64,000 bases of DNA from Mytilus californianus (taxonomy: Eukaryota): the NCBI RefSeq assembly GCF_021869535.1, contig NW_026262659.1, positions 8,432,001 through 8,496,000 on the forward strand, in the 5' to 3' direction. Shown here piece by piece: positions 1-39,463 of the stretch (position 1 is the stretch's first letter; every line of letters begins with the position of its first letter). A model generated the notes under the pieces. The model saw only the letters and a list, made by a program, of their open reading frames with translations. It did no database searches and had not been told where the DNA came from. A program made the position numbers and the translations under genes.

Positions 1-395
1 ACAGGGCGTCAAGAGAGCGTACGATTCTTATCATGATTTCCGTAATAGAAGGTTGTTGCTTACAAAACTATTGAACCAAGGGTTCCAAGTGGTAAAGTTG
101 AAGTAATCCGTTCGAAGTTTTTACGATCGCCATCACGAGTTGGTTGAGCATTATTGAATATCTGTGTGACAGATGACCACGGACATATTCCAATTGTCAT
201 AACTACATTTTATCCTCTTTTCCGCGTTTGTGACATCACCGAATAAGACCTATTTGCACTGAACATTAGCAACCTTGTGGTAGCCATTAGTGAAACACGA
301 TGCTAACCTTTCCTTGGCACCTGAGATCAGCTCTAGGTTTGGTGGAAAATATGTTGTATAGTCTTTAGTTTTCTATGCAGCGTTGTTTGTAACAT
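1..395 (+). mobile_element. Decayed 3' remnant of an RT-like retroelement (Penelope-like, tentative)
   Basis: Translates YHDFRNRRLLLTKLLNQGFQVVKLK*SVRSFYDRHHELVEHY. Same family as 16200-16830 and 27595-28088. Confidence 0.6.
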
Positions 396-566
396 GTTTA
401 AAAAGAGCATTCAGTATAGAATATTTGTATACCTTCATACAAATATGATTTTTACACAAATGTTCAAAGTACAGTCATGTTGGGTCGATGCAGTTTTGTT
501 CTTATTTGATATATTATGCCACTTGTACTGTACTTACATAACGACTTCTATATCAATCTGTATTAG

Positions 567-25792
<25,226 letters not shown>

Positions 25793-26589
25793 TAATAAAG
25801 CGAGACCAGGCGACGAAATGTGAAATTTATGTGTAGTAAAGGGAGACATTTTTTTTTAACAAAGGAGATAAATCATGGCCTGTTGATTAAAAATAACAAA
25901 TAATTCAGGAATGTCGTAATATTTTGTTAACAATTACATGGCTTTATTTTTATCATGACTAAATGAATGCTTGTAATAGACTTATTTTAGCTTCAGACAG
26001 ATTTTAAACGGATAATAATTTGTCAACATGCAAATATTGTTTTATTTATTTTGGTGTAAATAGCTATACTGTGGGTTTAACAGTGAGTTCGTCTACAGGG
26101 ATATTGTTTTATGTTTTATGTTTTTTGTTTTCATGTGTGTTTACTGTTTGGTCTTACATGATCTTACCTTATATTACAGTTATTATATTTTTATTTTCTA
26201 TATGTATATAAAAGTTAAGATAAAAAATCAGCTACTTAATTTATATTATTTTAAGTTTAAAGCAACTATATGCACGGGATTTTTTTGTTTATACACAGTT
26301 TTGATTTAGAAGAAAAATCGACATAGTTTGAAAATACAAATAATGACACCATTACAAACACAATTCCGTTTTAATATTCTTGTCTTGGTTAGAAAATACA
26401 TAACACCATTACAAACTCAATCCCAATTTAATACTCGTGTACGTGTCTATAAATAAAAGAAATCTATCTTATTTTTAGAAATTTACCTGTGGTAATATAA
26501 ACGTCATAAAAATACATCACTTTTTGCGACGTTGATCCATGCATGTGACGCTCCTGGTGTGCTGTCGTAAATTCATGGGAGGTGTCCGT

Positions 26590-26990
26590 TGTTATTCTGT
26601 GGTTTACATGTTGTAATGTACTATTATATTATTTATTTATGTTTCTTACGTTTGTTTGTATTGTATTCCTGTCACGAAGTGTTGTCATTTAGCGGAATTT
26701 TTGACATTGTCATATTAGCGGGAGGTTTTACTAGCCATAAAACCAGGTTCAACCCAATCTTTTTTCTTAGAATATCCTGTACCAAGTCAGGAATATGGCA
26801 GTTGTTATCAGACAGCCCGTTTATATGTATGTTGGCGTTTGCTTTTGTTGTTGTTCAGTGTTTCTGTTGTTCCGTTATTTTCCTCTTATAGTTGATGTGT
26901 TTCCTTCGGTTTTAGTTTGTTACCCGGTTTTTTTTTTGCTTAATCGAATTATGACTATTGAACAGTGGTATACTACTGTTGCCTTTACTT
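26590..26990 (+). mobile_element. Dispersed repeat, copy of 8198-8630
   Basis: Reverse-complement match. Confidence 0.8.
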
Positions 26991-27594
26991 TTCATCATAA
27001 CTCATGTGATACCAATTTTGGCGGATTTCATGAATAAACGTAAACCAAGAATTCAAATGTCCATATGAACTTTGGCAAAACCACGAAAATATATATCCAC
27101 GAATCCACAGTATTTTAATTTACGTATATATTTTATGGTGCAAAAGGAGTTTCGATACATGATTATATTTTGGTTGAGTGTATTCAATATTTTCTCGAAT
27201 GATCGAGTGGTATTAATCAGTAATAAATTAGGAACAGATTTAAATACTCATTTTGAATGTGTTACATTCATACATTAGATTCATTCATTAGTTTGGACAG
27301 GAGTCAAGTCAGTATCAATATAGTGTATACAATGTATTTTTAAGTGATTGAATTTTATATAATTATAATAACTTTTATTTAAGTCTACCATTACCTCTTT
27401 AAGAACAATGTGTATTGTTAAGGTAATATACTTCCCTTTTCAGTGTGTTAATAGTAACAATTTGTCTGGAAATTTATGTTATAGACATTGTGATGACCGT
27501 TAGGTCTTAGTACAGGTGGTAGGGAAATACAGAGTAGAAACAGCATAAATTATTAATTTAATTAATTGATGTTTAATTCATTTACATGATACGA

Positions 27595-28088
27595 TATTAC
27601 AGAGCTTGTATTTCTTATCATGATTTCCTTGATAGAGGGTTGTTGCTCACAAGGAAGCTATAAAACCAAGATTTCCAAGTTGATATCATTCTTTCGTAAC
27701 TTTTACTGACGCCATCACGAGTTGGTTGTTATGGAGTTTCCGTTTCAATGATGACAACGGATGAGTTCCAATTGTCGTAACTACAATCCCGTCCCCTTTT
27801 CCCCGAATATGACCCACCAAATTAGACTTATTATCTGGTTTGTACTAACATCAGCAATACAACAGGTGCCACATGTGGAGCAGGATGTGCTTACCCTTCC
27901 GGAGCACATGAGATCATCCCCAGTATTTAGTGGGGTTCGTGTTGCTCAGTTTTTAGTTTTCTATGTTGTGTTTTGTGTACTGTTGTTTGTTTGTTTGTTT
28001 GTCTTTTTCTTTGTTTTAGCCATGGGTTGTCAGTTTTGTTTTCAACTTATGAGTTTGAATTTCCCTTCGGTATCCTTCGCCTCTTTTT
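27595..28088 (+). mobile_element. Penelope-like 3' remnant
   Basis: Collinear with 16340-16830. Confidence 0.65.
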
Positions 28089-28179
28089 AAAAAAAAAACA
28101 TGTTGGCGACATTTGCGATAGATGCTTTTGTGCTTTTTTGTAAATAATTGTTTGTTTTGATATTGTAACACAGTGATGA

Positions 28180-28467
28180 CTGCTGTACCCATATTGTGAC
28201 TATTTTATTTATAATATCTGTTTTGTTCACGCATCGTTGTAAATATAACGGAATTTGATAAGATTGTCGTACAAGTGAGAGGTTTAGCGCTATAAAACCA
28301 GGTTCAATCCACCATTTTCTACATTTGAAAATGCCTGTACCAAGTCAGGAATATGACAGTTGTTGTCCATTCGTTTGATGTGTTTTGTCATTTGATTTTG
28401 CCATGTGATTATGGACTTTCCGATTGAATTTTCCTCGGAGTTCAGTATTTTTGTGATTTTACTTTTG
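28180..28467 (+). mobile_element. Dispersed repeat (tataaaaccagg...caagtcaggaatatgacag...ggagttcagtatttttgtg)
   Basis: Near-copy at 30460-30742. Confidence 0.8.
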
Positions 28468-29505
28468 ACTTCTCCATTCTTTGTCTGTTATGACTGCAGG
28501 TCAAAAAGCTATTCTACCAATGGTTCAAACCACTGTTTTTGAAAATGATTTTTTTTAAAGATTTTTCCCAATCTGATCAATATACATAACATAATTTTCT
28601 TTACATGATACGAATAAAAAAATAGATGCATGTATAATGTAAATAAGTCAATTAGACATCCCGAATAGTGCGAAGTAATATATTATGAATATCTTCCATA
28701 AGGAGTGAAAACCGTTAGGAATTATGGGAATGGTCTTTCATACAATTATTTATTTGTATTCTAATTTGTATTATTTTATGTTTTACTCATATTTGTATTT
28801 TTATGAAATGTATATATTGAATATTTATTCTAATAATAAAGCGGGAGAGAACCTCTTGGTATCTATTTAGTTGATAAAACATAACTACAACGGGAAGACA
28901 ATCAAAATAACAAAATATGTCATAATTGGTTTTCTTTTGTGTATGCGAGATAGGATTTGAATTTTAAACAGTACTAATGCTTAGAAAGAACTAAAATTAG
29001 ATAAACAAATAAACAGTTAACTATATTTTTTTAATTGTATTTACGAAGTATAAATTTATTTGATTTTAATGTGTGTAGAATACTAATTGAAAAGAGATGC
29101 TAGTTTTTAAATAGAATATACTATGGAGAGAGTATATTTTGTCGCCCATTTGTATTTTCCCTGGCAAATGGGACATTTAAAATAAATGCAGAGACTGCTA
29201 AGGGTCTATGAATTCCAGGTGATTTGAAATAAAAGATATTATTCATGCACAAAAAAATAAATAAAAAAATAAAAAAAACATCACCTTTAATTTGACTTTT
29301 TATAAAAAAAAAACAAAATCCTTTCCTAAGGAATCAAGTCCATTGATTGATTGCTTGTACACAATAGCTTGTTGGTTCACCTTATGATTGCATTAAAGAA
29401 AACATCAAGTAAGTTGAAAGAGACTAATAAGGGTCTATGTCAAGCAAGATTTGTAATACATGTAGAATATCATGACAATTATCACGCAAATTTTGATCAT
29501 TATAG

Positions 29506-29605
29506 ATTGGTTGATTGATTGGTGTTTAACGCCACTTCTAACACTATTGTCTATTTCGTGGCTGTCAGTTTTTATTGGTGAAGAAAGCCGGAGTGCCCGG
29601 AGAGA
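29506..29605 (-). mobile_element. 3' end of a SINE with (AATC)n tail
   Basis: Minus strand ctccgggcactccggctttcttcacc...gtggcgttaaacaccaatcaatc. Confidence 0.6.
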
Positions 29606-30459
29606 GACTGACAAAATCAGAGCAAAAGACAAAAACACCGAAAAGACAAAAAACAGTCTACGAAAACATAAATAACTAAAGACTGAGCAACACGAATCCC
29701 ACAAAAGCCGTGGGTGATGTTCAATAACCATCCAATATTCCTGCCACCAGTGTTACCAAGAACTAATAACTGGAAACAAAATCAACTTAAAAGGAAACAA
29801 TATCTTACGCTATGTAACAACCAGGCGAGAAATTTCAGTGTGCATACTCTTGTTAATCATTTTCTCGTACTATCAAAGATATAAACTTAAGAAGCGGTTA
29901 CAATGTTAATAGAACATCACTGTATAATTTAAAAACTCCAGTGAATAGACTAAACAATAAAGCTTTAAAAAGGTTTTCATAGAACAAAAACTTAAAATGT
30001 CGGACAAACAGATAACACGAGTGTTTCTACGTTCAAAGTTCCTAATTAATTAAATCATAAAACATTTTCAAATTGAATATCATTCATTATGTTGTTTTAA
30101 AAGCGATATGTTTATAAAGCATAACAGAATAACACACCTGATCTGTTCATGACATATACACAGGTAACATGGTAGGTGTTATTAAAACTGATGCCACAAA
30201 CATTAATATTTGAATTACACTGCCATTATCAAAGTAAAGAATCTCAAGTGTCGAATGTTACTATTGGACAGAAAATTCATCACACAGAAAATTGACCAAC
30301 ATGAGCATGAACCCAAAAAAGAAGCGGACAGAGCTCAGGTACTATGGGAAAACTTAAAAAAAAAAAAAAAAAAAAAAGGGAGGCGGAAGATACCAAAGGA
30401 ACATTCAAAACTCATAAGACGAAGATAAACTGACAACTGAAAATGAGAAAAACAGTGTT

Positions 30460-30742
30460 GACCGCTGTACCCCAATTTTGACATATTCACCTATAATGTC
30501 TGTTTGTTTTGCTCACACTTTGTTGTCAATATAATGGAATTCTATTCGACTGTCATACAAGTGAGGGGTGTAGCTAGCTATAAAACCAGGGTTAATCCAC
30601 CATTTTCTACATAAGGAAATGCCTGTACCAAGTCAGGAATATGACAGTGGTTTTCAATTCGTTTGATGCGTTTGAGCGTTTGATTTGGCCATTTTATAAG
30701 GGACTTTGAATTTTCCTTGGAGTTCGGTATTTTTGTAATTTC
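30460..30742 (+). mobile_element. Dispersed repeat, copy of 28180-28467
   Basis: Direct sequence match. Confidence 0.8.
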
Positions 30743-32234
30743 ATTGTTGACAACGCAAAGGCAAAATACGAAAGACGAGGAAAAGACAAACAAATCTGCA
30801 GAATATAACATAGAAAACTAAAGACTGCGCATCTACAACACCATAAAAACGGGTCTGGTCTTTTCCGTGATGCTCGAGCCAAAATAAATGAAAATCCACT
30901 TCCTTATACAATCATTAACCAGCTGATATTACCGAAGGGAACAAAATGTATAGTCAAAGCCAGAAAATGGTTTAGGCTTATACATGAGAGAGATACATTC
31001 CTTAATTTCAAATGATTTTGTAGATCTATCACAGCAAAAAGTATATCCATATTTTCATGCCTAAAATGAAATATTGCGCTACTGGGTTGTTCATATTCCC
31101 GGGAACTATCAGTTCAGAACAGGTCAAACGATCTAGCAGTAGAAAAATACACTAAACCGTTACCATTAATGCAGATTTCAACAATCAAATTAATATCTGT
31201 TCGTTGAGCTTCGAGGCCAATAGGTGACCATCAAAAATCTTTTACAACGTTGACGAGGTTATATAACCAAAGGGAATAAAAGTATTGTTAAACAAGGGGA
31301 AGTGATATTTGCATGAGGGAGATGCACTCACTTATATTAAAAAGATTTTTTAAGTTTATAACATCACGTCTCCTAAAATATTTTTCGGGATTTTCGTGCC
31401 AGCAATAAAATACTGTGTTACTGGGCTGGTGATACCCTGGGAGCGTAACGTCCAAGTGATAGTACTAGCATCAAACGGTGCATACTTTACTGCACAAAAT
31501 GCGCTGTCTACCGACAAGAAATATATGTAGTAATGGGGTTTGATAAAGCCTTTGCAACTGTAACTCATATCGTTGACATGACGTCATGTCATACATATTA
31601 GGGATTTGATAAAGCCTTTGCAATCATTACTGATATCGGTTTCATCACGGATGGCTGATACACCATGATTGCCATTACTTGTATTACACAAACAAATGTA
31701 TTTGTATTTACTTCTAAACCAAGACGACAGTAGCTTACCGATGTTCAAATCTCATAAGTCGATTTAAAAAAAGATAGATTAAGTACTGTGAATTCATTTA
31801 TTTTCGTGGGTACCAATTTTCGTGGATTGAGATTAAATTGTATTTTCGTGGTTTTGAATATAAGAATATGGAAAAATTGTACTTTATTAAATATTTAAAT
31901 TTGTGGTTTAACTATACCAATGAAATATTTCAAGCCATACTAAGCCATTGGTAATAAAACACATAAAATCAACATTGTCTTCAAAATAAATGGATGCACT
32001 ATCAAATGTAATGATTAAGTTAAGCTACTTAGAATGACCATTGATGTTAAGCTGGACGTTAACAAAACACATATCGAATATCTGTAAAAATAAGCAGCAA
32101 AACAATTAAAAGGATTGGACCACACTTAAATAAACTAACAAAAAATACAATTTCTCCCTTATTCATCATTTCAAACCTAAGTTACTGTCAGCTAACATGG
32201 CACTTTTGTAGCGAGCGCAACACCAACAAAATTG

Positions 32235-33273
32235 AACAAGAGTGCACACGCTGAAATGTCTCGCCTGCTTTACTGACCATTGATTTTATCTTGATAGTCT
32301 AAAATATAAAGTTTTACTACAAGTATCGCATAAACTTAACAAAGAAAATGAGGTCAAGGTCAGATAAACCAAGCCAAAAATACATGTTCACCTTACAATC
32401 ATTCCATACACTAAATATAGTTGACGTGTTGCTTATAGTATACAAGAAACAGACCAAACCATTAAAACTTTATAGTGACCAATGAACCATGAAAATGAGG
32501 TCAAGGTCAGATGATAAATGCCAGATAGACATATACACCTTACAATCATTCCATACACAAAATTTAGTTGACCTATCACTTGTGTAAGAAAAACAGACCA
32601 AAACACAAAAACATTGAGCAATGGAACCATAAAAAAGAGGTCACGGTCAAATTGAACCTGCCAGACTAACATGTACATCGTAAAATATGTCCATACACCA
32701 AATATAGTTGACTTATTGCATACAGTATGAGAAAAACAGACCAAAACACAAAAACTTAACTTTTACCACTGAACCATGAAAATGAGGTCAAGGTCAGATG
32801 ACATCTGCCAGTTGGACATGTACACCTTACAATCCTTCCATACACCAAACATAGTAGATCTATTGCTTATAGAATCTGAGATATGGACTTGGCCGCGAAA
32901 ACCTAACCTTGTTTACTGATCTATGAAATGAGGTCGAGGTCAAGTGAAAACTGTCTGACAGGCATGAGGACCTTGCAAGGGACGCACATACCAAATATAT
33001 TATCCTATTACTCATAAGAGAGAAATTAAGATTACAAAAAATCTTATCTTTTTTTTAAAGTAGTCACTGAACCATGAAAATGAGGTCAAGGACAATGGAC
33101 ATATGACAGACGGAAACTTCATAACATAAGGCATCTTTATACAAAGTATGAAGCATCCTGATCTTCTACCTTCTGAAATATTAAGCTTTTAAGAAGTTAG
33201 TTAACGCCACCGTCGTCGGATCACTATCCCAATGTCTTGCTTTCTGCTACTTAAGTCACAGTCTCGACAAAAA
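32235..33273 (+). mobile_element. HINE-like element with ~146-bp internal array (~6 copies)
   Basis: aaaatgaggtcaaggtc recurs at ~143-150 bp spacing. Typical aacaagag start. Confidence 0.7.
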
Positions 33274-33358
33274 CTTTACGAACGATCGCAGATTCGTTTG
33301 CAATGACTATAACAACACATACAAACAATTACTTGAACAATCTTAACTTCCAACACAA

Positions 33359-33975
33359 ATCAGACGGATGAGAACCATGGCATTAGAAACCTACAAAATT
33401 GTGACAAAATCCAGTCCTGAGTTCTGGCACAATGTGGTTAATTTCAAAGATAATATGTAGAATTTTAGATATAAACTCACAGTTGATATTCCACGACCAA
33501 GAACTACAAGGTATGGCAAATAGAGCTTCAGCTTTGAGGCAGCAAAGTTGTGGAACTCCCGGCCTAAGCATGCACAGAGTCTCTAAACTTTTGGACAATT
33601 CAAATATTTTATTTCAGCATGGTGTTCTTCAGATAACAGCTTCTGTAGCTCATGTAGACAATAATTTTGCTGCCCCACAGCTGAAGTCTTCTAGCCTCCA
33701 ATGTTTTGTTTTATTTTTAGCTCTTATTTCAATTATTTAATAGTGCTTTTGTCTCTTTTATCAGCTTTTTGGTAAAATGTGCTTTTAGTTTGCTTGCTTT
33801 GATTAATGTAAGTTGTTATGTATGTACTTTATCTATATGTACTCTGTCTTATGTGGTTATGATTGTTATTTGCATAAAGTCGGTTTAAGAGTCTACAGAG
33901 CTTATGGTACTATGTTAAATTGTACATATTTTGTCTGACTCTAAGAAAAATTTACTTACTTACGTACTTACTAAT
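33359..33975 (+). mobile_element. 5'-truncated CR1/L2-group LINE 3' end with (TTAC)n tail
   Basis: IRRMRTMALETYKIV...P.PRTTRYGK*SFSFEAAKLWNS.P...FK.FISAW....FCSSCRQ* with three in-frame stops. Confidence 0.7.
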
Positions 33976-36900
33976 GAAATCTACGAAAATTGGTATCCAC
34001 AAAAAATAATGAATCCAATAATAAGAAAAATATCATGCTCTATTTCTGTATCAATGTTTTATTAATCTTTTCTATATAAATAATTAATATAAATCATATC
34101 ATAAACATCATACTTAACAGTATAAATACAATCAGACACATATAACTATATGTCCTTAGTACAATAACTCAATTAAGGTATTTACAATACAAAGAGTCTT
34201 CAAAATTATATCTGAAAAGCTGGTGTCATATAATTGTTCAGTTTTGAATATTTGTACAATTACAAATTTTTTAAAATATGTGTACTGGTAATGCTACAAT
34301 TTGAGTGACAATCAAGCAATCTGTCATTCGCAGATGGAGTTGAACACAGAAAACAAATTTGATGGTATTATTGTATTGCAAGTGTACAGCTTTTGAAATT
34401 GACAAATATAAAGAGATAATTTATCACACTTTATGTCAATCCACAACTTCTTGAAAATGGCTTGCCCAAAGTCTACTCCATGCAAACAGCTGGACAAAAT
34501 TCAACCAAACATGCACAGATTTAATGTAAGCTTACAAAAGATGCAGTGATAATTACTTGTGATACAAATTGTCAAACAATTCTATCAATTCTATTCGTCT
34601 ATCAAGATGCCCATTGAATCATCAAAAATCTCCCTTGTTAATGATACCACTATATCTGTAAACTGGAAAAAATAAACTTAAATAAGCACTAAATTTTAAA
34701 GCTAATTTAAAAATAAAAATCTGTCCACATGTAAAATGAAATAATTGGATCTTTCTCGTAATAAAAATTAAACAAAGGATGCCATTAACACACGAAATAT
34801 GTCATTTAAAATAAACAATTAACAAAACTTAAAATAACAAGGCAGCAATGTTTTTCTTGACAGTAAATATAAAGCAGGGAATAGAATGTGTTTTTATCTT
34901 CCTGTCCATATAAGAATGGCTTGGACCTTTCATTAAACCAAGTTGCAGTATGATTTCACCTCTTCAAGCTAGTGTTCCTTGACAATCTGTTCAATCAGAC
35001 AGTCAATCACTAGAATTATATGGTAAAAATGTTTTTATTACACTGCACTGGCTTCATACTAACAAACATTCACATAAGCAATGAGCTAAAAATATTAACC
35101 TGCTAATCAGTTTTCAAAATATTTTGGTCAGTTGGTATTTCGATGGAACCTAGCATCACAAACATGCAATGTAATAAAAAAAATTGGACGCAACTTCAAG
35201 AAAAAATATATATGATCATAGTCATTGGTTAATTTTGTCATTGAAACACTGCCCAACATCTCCTTTTATTCACATAAACTTAACATAAAACTTTCAAGAT
35301 TATTTAAAAATATCATTACCTTTGAAATGGTTCTAGATTTGAGTCAAAGTTTTTACTGACATCTTTTAAAGTACTCATTAAAAATAGATAACTTCTCCTG
35401 TTCATGCTTCTGGTCAATTAATTTCATGAATTTCATGAAATCCTGAATTTTTATTAAATTAACACATTGTTGTTTCTCTTGTATTAAAATAAGCAAGTTA
35501 AAGGTTAAGGAAATTATTTAAAAAGCTCTCAGGTACATTGTTAAATTGCATATTCTTTTTTTTATCAAAGTGTGATGAAAACTTAAAGCTTGTTTTTACA
35601 TATTCTTATTATGATTTTAAATTGTGTTGGATTTTTTTCTGTGATGGCTTTAAAAATTTATTTCATTTTCACATCTAATCTTAACAGCTATATAACTTGT
35701 TATGAATATTATTAACAAAAACAAAAGGGGGAGGGGAATCAATCATGTAATTAACCAATCAAAATTATGTATTTTGAAAATTATTGATTTTGCTCTTTGA
35801 TACAGTTTGTCATATGTGTCTATAGAAACAATATTATAATACAAAGGTCATGTCCTACTGTATATACAATAAATAATTATGCCATTATGAAGGATATGTT
35901 AATATAAATGTTGTATATATTGGTTAGCATGTTTGGCAGTGATTAATGCTACAATGTACAGGTCTACTGACATTACTTAAAATACATATCAAATACTTAA
36001 AATGCATTAAATCGTTTATAAAAACAGTAATGTTACAAATGAAAAAGTATCATGTATTTCATGTATAAAATCAACATATCATAAATACAAAAATGAAACA
36101 TAAATATGAATCTGATATTGATATACAAGTAACAAAAGGCACATACTATAAATGTGTAATGCAGGTCAGTGTAAACTCATCTAACATGAAACCAGTTGGA
36201 CTAAAACAGTTCACCATCAATTAACATACTCTGTAATCATACATCTTTTGTAAAAAAAAACTTAACCGAAAAATTGAATGTTTGTAAAACCACTTTTTAT
36301 GAATAATGCCATGAAAATATAATATAAATATAAAATATGGCAAGATTGGCCGTAACTACAAATCTTTAGGTTTGGAGGAATCAGGTTAATTTGAATTAAA
36401 ACTTAACATTGTCATCATTTTTGTCATGTAAAACAATTCTTTTATAAAAACAAAATTGCTAAAATTTTTACATACACTTAATACATATGTTCAATGACTT
36501 CCTTGTATTTGTATATATCCTGATGTCAGATAAAACAAAGGTATAAACATAGAGTTCTATATGGTCCCTTCATTTACATAATAAAAATGAGACTGGTATC
36601 AGTACTCTTAAACAAAATGTTAAATATCAATCAAACTTCCCTATAGAGTCATGTCCTATTCCCTCATGTCGATCGAGTAGGATTATTATTATTAATAATA
36701 TGTAAAATTAGCTTGCCCGGGTTATCAAGTCATGTGAACCAATACAAGAAGTTACCCAGCAAGAATAATAAGCAAATGGATATACAGAATTATCAATGAA
36801 ACTAACCATTAACCCCCCAAAATTAAATAGAACAATATATGAATTAAGTGACCACTGTCACACATGAATATAATATTTGGTAAATAGCATGAGGTCAACA

Positions 36901-37840
36901 TGGTTTATAACATATTTCAAAACACACACAAACCAAACATTCATGAGCATGGTCTTTACTCTATCTACTCTATACATGATCAGCACATTTCTATTTGTGA
37001 TTTATAGACTTTCAATGAATAAAGTCAAACATTTTTGACAATCTGACAGTCTATAATAGTTTATGACAACTGAAATTGTCTTAGACCAGTGGAAAATGTC
37101 ATTCGCTTCAGCAACCTATATTCAATTGCTACTCTACCTAACTCTGAAAATGTTTGTTTTTGCAAATTTGAAGAACCAGTTTAATAAATGTGTCCTTAAA
37201 TCTGTGTCATTTAAAATCAAGCATTAGCACTGGGTCCTTAGCAAAGTGGAATGTGTTTTTATAAAAAGTACAATTAAACATTGTTAAAGGTGATCAGACA
37301 CTTTTCAAACAAAATTAATAAAAGACAAAGAATTATAATTTATGCATATTAAAAGATGCCTGAAGTTATAAAACATTATAAGCAATATGGATTTGCATGG
37401 GAACTAAAATAAATTCTAATATTATCAAATGAAGTGACTAGGGATATATAGAAATACTTTCAGTTTTTGTTTGATTTTTATTAACTGACTAGATATTCAA
37501 TCAAGAAATTCTTTAATGATTCATTATTTTATGTGGATGGTGGGATTTTCTATGGAGAACACAGAACCGAATGTGCAAGACCCTTAAGGGTAGTCATAGC
37601 AACTAAACACACTGTAGGAGAAGTGGAGAAAACTCAAATTTAAAGCCTTATATATCAACATAATATTTAACTCTATTTAACAGTCAGGTTATTATCAATT
37701 TAGCCTTGTATAAAAATGCAACCCCCAAAACAATATTTATTATACATACAAGGTATAAAAGATAGTGTTTATAGTCATTTCAAGTTACATGTTTCTCTCT
37801 TTCGCTCTTTCTCTTTATTTTTTTATGTATCCGTATTCAT

Positions 37841-37939
37841 AGATTATCGTTGATCATCTCAATGAGATTGATTTTCTCGCTTGAGCCGGTACGGCGAAAG
37901 TGAGAAAAGCAATCGAGTCGAGATGACCAATGATAATCT
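37841..37939. repeat. ~100 bp palindrome within a ~270 bp MITE-like element (to ~38100)
   Basis: agattatcgttgatcatctc...gagatgaccaatgataatct. Confidence 0.85.
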
Positions 37940-39035
37940 GTTTATCGCTATTTTACCTACGACGACGTTGGGTCAATTTCATTAGCAACGCCACGTGTCC
38001 CCTTAGTTTCTAGCGATAATTTTCATATCACTCGACTCCACTGAGAAAGGGAATTATCAGTCAGCAAGATCAAAGGGAAATTTTGTAAAAAAGCGATAAA
38101 TATATATATATATATCAATATGTTTGTACAACCACTTTTTATGAATAATGCCTTGTACATATAACATATGGCAAGGTTGGACAAAAGTCTTTATGTTTGG
38201 AAATGAAAATAATAATTCATCAATGAATCTGGTTAATTTGAATTAAAAATGATAGTAAATTAATCCAATAATGTCACTTCAGTTCTCTTCTTGTCTCACA
38301 TCATATAATGTGTACTGATGGGCTGCTGTCTGTATGACTTATCCCATACAGCAATCTACTTTTCTACTTACATTATGTAAAGTAAATAGATTAGGTTTTA
38401 GATTTAAAAACAATTATAGCAAAGGTGGTCAGCATTTGTATTATTTTAAACAAAAATCAGTGGCTAATAGTGTTGAGCATTTTGTATCAACATTTAACAA
38501 AGAATTAAAAAAAACATGGTAACAGACATAAAAGGAGATGTCAAATTAGTACAAACATTTTTTTAAACTAACAATTCTACTTTTGAAGCATTTTGTATTT
38601 CTCTTCCTCCTGTACTAAGGGTCACCACCATGTATATTGTACAACTTGAATGGTTACACAAATCCAAAATACATTTTACCTACTTATACACTAAAAATGA
38701 ACACATTAACTTTATCATATCAAATGGTCCTCAAATATTTTTTATGGCACATCTTTAATAATTTTTATAAGAATTCAATCACTTAACATACACTGTATAT
38801 GACCCTTCGACCCATTAATACTAACTTGATTCCTGTTATACAAAACTAAGAGATAATCTAATGTTTTACTGCAACAAATCTAAAATAATAGTATCAAAGT
38901 ATGTTTCAATAAATAATACACTCAATCCAAATATAGTTAAAGTAACTTTTCCTTGCACTTAGTAACATATTCAGTATCATGAAATATATATATACAAATG
39001 TCAAATAGCTTATTGCACAAATTTGCTCTAAATTA

Positions 39036-39232
39036 ACTGTAAATTCAGAAATTTTTATTATTGTGAATAATGCCACTGGTGATAATCGTAATAAAAAGAA
39101 ATTGCATTCTGATCTCTGATACATATATATGTACACAGATTTCCTGAAATCGCAATAACAAATGTCGCACTTATGTCCTTTCTTCAAAAATCACAATAAT
39201 AAATGCATGCAATAATTTCTGAATTTACAGTA
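39036..39232. mobile_element. ~200 bp Tc1/mariner-type MITE in the gene 2 3' UTR
   Basis: TIR (t)actgtaaattcagaaa...tttctgaatttacagta. Same family at 61261-61471 and 62177-62376. Confidence 0.8.
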
Positions 39233-39463
39233 ACTTGTCTTTGGATGATTTTTATGATTTAAACTAATTCTTTATTAATGTCAATTTACATCTGTATGAT
39301 GCTAATACTATTTAGATTTATAAAGTTATGAATTCGGGTCATATATTTATTAACACAACTTGATTCACAATAACTTGGTTAATGGCATTACTGACTTATT
39401 AACTATGTTTAATTAACAGACCCTGATTTATCTCCTATTGTTTACACAAATTATCTCCCTTTA

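Larger units (their letters stand above)
31784..34020. mobile_element. TIR (MITE-type) shell containing nested insertions
   Basis: tactgtgaattcatttattttcgtgggtaccaattttcgtgg (31784) is inverted relative to ctacgaaaattggtatccacaaaaaataatgaatcc (33981-34016). Confidence 0.6.
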
